From contig OX597814.1 in NCBI GenBank assembly GCA_951406725.2, positions 10,974,001 to 11,038,000 on the forward strand: a DNA stretch of 64,000 bases, given 5' to 3'. The notes under the pieces were generated by a model that saw only the letters and a program-made list of their open reading frames with translations, was not told the origin of the DNA and did not search any database. The DNA is from Octopus vulgaris (Eukaryota). This document shows, in pieces, positions 59,349-64,000 of this stretch (position 1 is its first letter; each line of letters starts with the position of its first letter). The translations under genes and the position numbers were made by a program.

Positions 59349-59707
59349 GGAGTGGCTGTGTGGTAAGTAGCTTGTTTACCAACAACATGGTTCCGGGTTC
59401 AGTTCCACTGCGTGGCACTTTGGGCTAATGTCTTCTGTTATAGCCTCGGGCCGACCAAAGCCTTGTGAGTGGATTTGGTAGACGGAAACTGAAAGAAGCC
59501 CGTCGTATGTATGTACATATATGTATGTGTGTGTGTGTGTGTTTGTGTGTCTGTGTTTGTCCCCCTAGCATTGTTTGACAACCGATGCTGGTGTGTTTGC
59601 GTCCCTGTTACTTAGCGGTTCGGCAAAAAGAGACCGATAGAATAAGTACTGGGCTTACAAAGAATAAGTCCCGGGGTCGAGTTGCTCGATTAAAGGCGGT
59701 GCTCCAG
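59348..59707 (+). mobile_element. SINE family A, near full length
   Basis: AGGAGTGGCTGTGTGGTAAG...GGTTC...CACTGCGTGGCAC...GGCGGTGCTCCAG. Confidence 0.92.
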
Positions 59708-59731
59708 AAAAGAAAAAAAGAAAAAAGAAAG

Positions 59732-59772
<41 letters not shown>

Positions 59773-59778
59773 GAAAAA

Positions 59779-60220
59779 GTCGACGAGTTTGCAGAATCGT
59801 TCACACGCTGGGCGAAATGCTAAGCAGTATTTCGCCTTCCTTTACATTCTCAGTTCAAATTCAACCGAAGTCGATTTTGTCAATCATCCCATCGGGGGCG
59901 ATAAATTAAGTATCAGTGAAACACTGAAATGGATGTAATCGACTAGTCCCCTCCCCACGAATTTCAGGCTTTGTGCCTCTATTAGAATGGATTATTAATC
60001 CTTATGAAAGCGCCGAGATGCCCAAATCGTTATTGAGCTGGATAAAATGCTTAGAAGCATTTCGTCCGTCTTTATATTCTGAGTTCAAATTCTGCCGAGG
60101 TCGACTTTGCCTTGCATTCTTTCGGGGTCGATAAAATAAGCAACAGTCAAGTACTGGGGCCGCCTTAATCGATTTCCTCCTCCCACAAAATCTGCTGACC
60201 CTGTAGTCAAATTTGAAGCT
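59779..60220 (+). mobile_element. Two further SINE family B copies (59779-59992, 60008-60220)
   Basis: Both repeat GAAATGCTTA...ATTTCG...GTTCAAATTC...GTCGA.TTTG...CGGGG.CGATAAA. Confidence 0.8.
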
Positions 60221-60258
60221 ATTATTATTATTATTTTTATTATTATTATTATTATTAC

Positions 60259-60366
<108 letters not shown>

Positions 60367-60386
60367 CATTATTATTATCATTATTA

Positions 60387-60450
<64 letters not shown>

Positions 60451-60500
60451 CATTATTATCATTATTATTATCATTATTATCATTATTATTATCATTATTA

Positions 60501-60578
<78 letters not shown>

Positions 60579-60604
60579 CATTATCGTTATTATCATTATT
60601 ATTA

Positions 60605-60653
<49 letters not shown>

Positions 60654-60671
60654 CATTATTATCAATCATTA

Positions 60672-60704
<33 letters not shown>

Positions 60705-60969
60705 CATTATTATCATTATTATTATCATTATTATCATTATTATTATCATTATTATTATTATTATTGTTGTTCTTTATTATTATCATTATTATTATTATTA
60801 TTTTTATTATTATTGTTGTTATTATTATTATTATTATTATTATTGTTGTTGTTGTTGTTATTATTATTATTATCATTATTATTATTATTATCATTATTAT
60901 TATTATCATTATTATTATTATTATTATCATTATTATTATTATTATTATCATTATTATTATCACTATAAT

Positions 60970-61204
60970 GGCAGGAGCTGGCAGAATAGTTAGCGTGTCG
61001 GACAAAATGCATGGCGACATTCCTGCCGTCTTCACGTTCTAAATTCAAGTCCGGCGAGGTCAAGTTTGTCTTTCGTCTCTTTTTTGTTTGTTTTTTGTTT
61101 TTTGTTTTTTTTTTTGAAGGTCGATAAAAGAAAGTAGCAACTCAAATATTGGAATCGATGCAATCGACTAGCACCCCCCCCCGCCTCAAAAACTTTAGGC
61201 CTTG
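60970..61204 (+). mobile_element. SINE family B copy
   Basis: GGCAGGAGCTGGCAGAATAGTTAGC...GGCGAGGTCAAGTTTG...GGTCGATAAAAG...TCGATGCAATCGACT. Confidence 0.75.
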
Positions 61205-61209
61205 CGAAA

Positions 61210-61860
<651 letters not shown>

Positions 61861-62349
61861 GATTTATTTAATTATTTATTTATTCATTTATTTATTTATT
61901 TATTTATTATGTGCACCTGGTGTGAGCGGTACTTGGCTGCTATTTCTGGTCGCAGGTCGAGCGCCCACGTAGAAGAAGTTAAGTCTTTCCCCCCACTTTT
62001 CATTGGCTAGTTTAGTTGCAGCGGGTCAATGTTGATGATGGTGTTACTGATGTCGCCGCCGCCGTCGCCATCGTCGTGGTCGTCATCACCGTCATCGCTG
62101 ATGTTGTCGTTGTTATTATTGTTGTTGTTGTTCTCACTTCTAGTCTTGTCGACAGCGCCTGCTCTCTGTGTATTTTCATCACTCTTACCAACTACTTCCC
62201 TTACTTTAAACACAACCATCTGATGTGGAGTGTACAAGAGAACAACACCCTTCACCTAAAAAGACTGTTTATCCTGCATTTCATAGCTAATCAACAATCA
62301 ATCTCCCACCTCTCTCTCTCTCTCCCTCTCTTGTTCTTTGTATCGCTTT

Positions 62350-62405
<56 letters not shown>

Positions 62406-62644
62406 CACTCATATCTGTTTATTTTTCTCTCACACCTATCTACTTTCTCCGTATCTCTCTGTCTCTTTCCTTCTTTCACTGTATCTCTCTCTCTTTCTCT
62501 TTCTTTCTCGCATACACACACACTAATTTCATTCACTTCCGTTCTTAGTTTTAAATTTGGTTGTCTCATTCTTGCCTACCAAAACTGCCTCTCTATCTAT
62601 CTATCTATCTGTTATTTTATCCGTTTATCTAACTAGTTATCTGC

Positions 62645-62771
<127 letters not shown>

Positions 62772-62898
62772 TTCGGGGAAAAAATTTTATCAATGGCCAG
62801 CATATCAAAAAATACCTTTAAAGGTTAAATTTATAAATAATTTACAAAATTATTGTATATATATTTTTTTTCCCGAAAAAAATTTTATCCTACATTAG

Positions 62899-63008
<110 letters not shown>

Positions 63009-63409
63009 CATACATGCATATACATATATATATATTTATCTATCTATCTATTTACCTTTTTTTACCGATCCCTTTTGATCGGAATTTTACTTCTGTTCTC
63101 TTCGTTTCCTTTTTCTTTTTCATTTTCGAAAAGAAAAGCTTTACATTTGTATTTGTCCCCTCTGTATCCAGCCCTGTGTGGCCAATAAAGAAAATTATCA
63201 ATCTGTCTATCTATCTGTTTGTCTGTCTGTCTGTCTGTCTATTCATCTGTTTGTTTCTCAATCTATCTATCTGTCTGTCTGTTTGTCTATCTATCTAGCA
63301 AGCTATTTTGTCTGTCTGTCTTTCTGTCTATCTAGCTCTCCCTCTCACTAATTCCGTACAATTACCCTGCTCTTTTCTTCTATTCTTCACTGCGTTGCTC
63401 TCTCTCTCA

Positions 63410-63472
<63 letters not shown>

Positions 63473-63639
63473 ATACATACACACACTCTCTCTCTCACTC
63501 TTTCTCTCTTTCTTTTTCTCTCTCTCTTCTATATATCCTAATTCTATATTTCTGAACACCTCTGTCATTCTCCTACTTTTATTCTCTTCTTCACAATTTC
63601 TATCTATCTATCTATCTTTTAATCTATCAGTTTGTCAGT

Positions 63640-63693
<54 letters not shown>

Positions 63694-64000
63694 GATAGAT
63701 AGATATAGATTTGTATCTAACTAGCTATCTCTCTTTTTCTCTGTCTGTCTCTTTCTATCTATCTATCTAGCTGTCTTGTCGTTTTCTCTCTCCACCTCTC
63801 TTTCACCCTCCCATTCTTTCTCAACTCCTCTCCTATTTCTTATTTTATTAGTAATCTTGCTCTCTCTCTCTTTCTCTTTCTCTCTTACTCTTTTTCTCTT
63901 TTCTCTTTCCTCTAGCTCTCTCTTTTCCTCACTTCGCCAATTCCCCAACATTTCTCCTCCTCCTCCGCCTCCCCCTACCCTCTTTCTCCTTCTCCTCCTT

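Noticed and set aside
62007-62255. Asn/Asp/Gly-rich minus-strand ORF upstream of the gene
   Set aside because: Mixed trinucleotide-repeat decay like 10296-10420 and 12120-12290; no convincing splice or domain evidence.

Overview
AT-rich, extremely microsatellite-dense animal genomic DNA. The SINE families and repeat landscape look like an octopus (coleoid cephalopod) genome; this is an inference. Nearly all ORFs in the supplied track are translations of (TA)n, (CA)n, (GATA)n, (TATG)n, (ATT)n or (GAT)n repeats. The one convincing host gene is on the minus strand. Its first coding exon (54497-53945) encodes an eh1 motif in a context typical of Tbx20 or Tbx15/18/22 T-box factors (QLSDKASAFSIAAILG), ends in a phase-1 GTAAGT donor, and has a plausible CCAAT/Inr promoter near 55.5 kb. 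A candidate 72-nt phase-1/1 second exon lies at 8187-8116. No T-box domain exon is visible, so most of the window is probably giant intron. That intron and the upstream region hold three SINE-like families, fragments of Tx1/L1, CR1-group, RTE and R4/Dong-type LINEs, and a hAT MITE. Most notably, there is a dispersed set of minimal hammerhead-ribozyme motifs of the Penelope pseudo-LTR type: about 7 recognisable and several decayed, mostly sense to the T-box pre-mRNA, and one pair inside a ~430-bp palindrome. There is also an unexplained, densely base-paired ~160-nt element at 21.8 kb.
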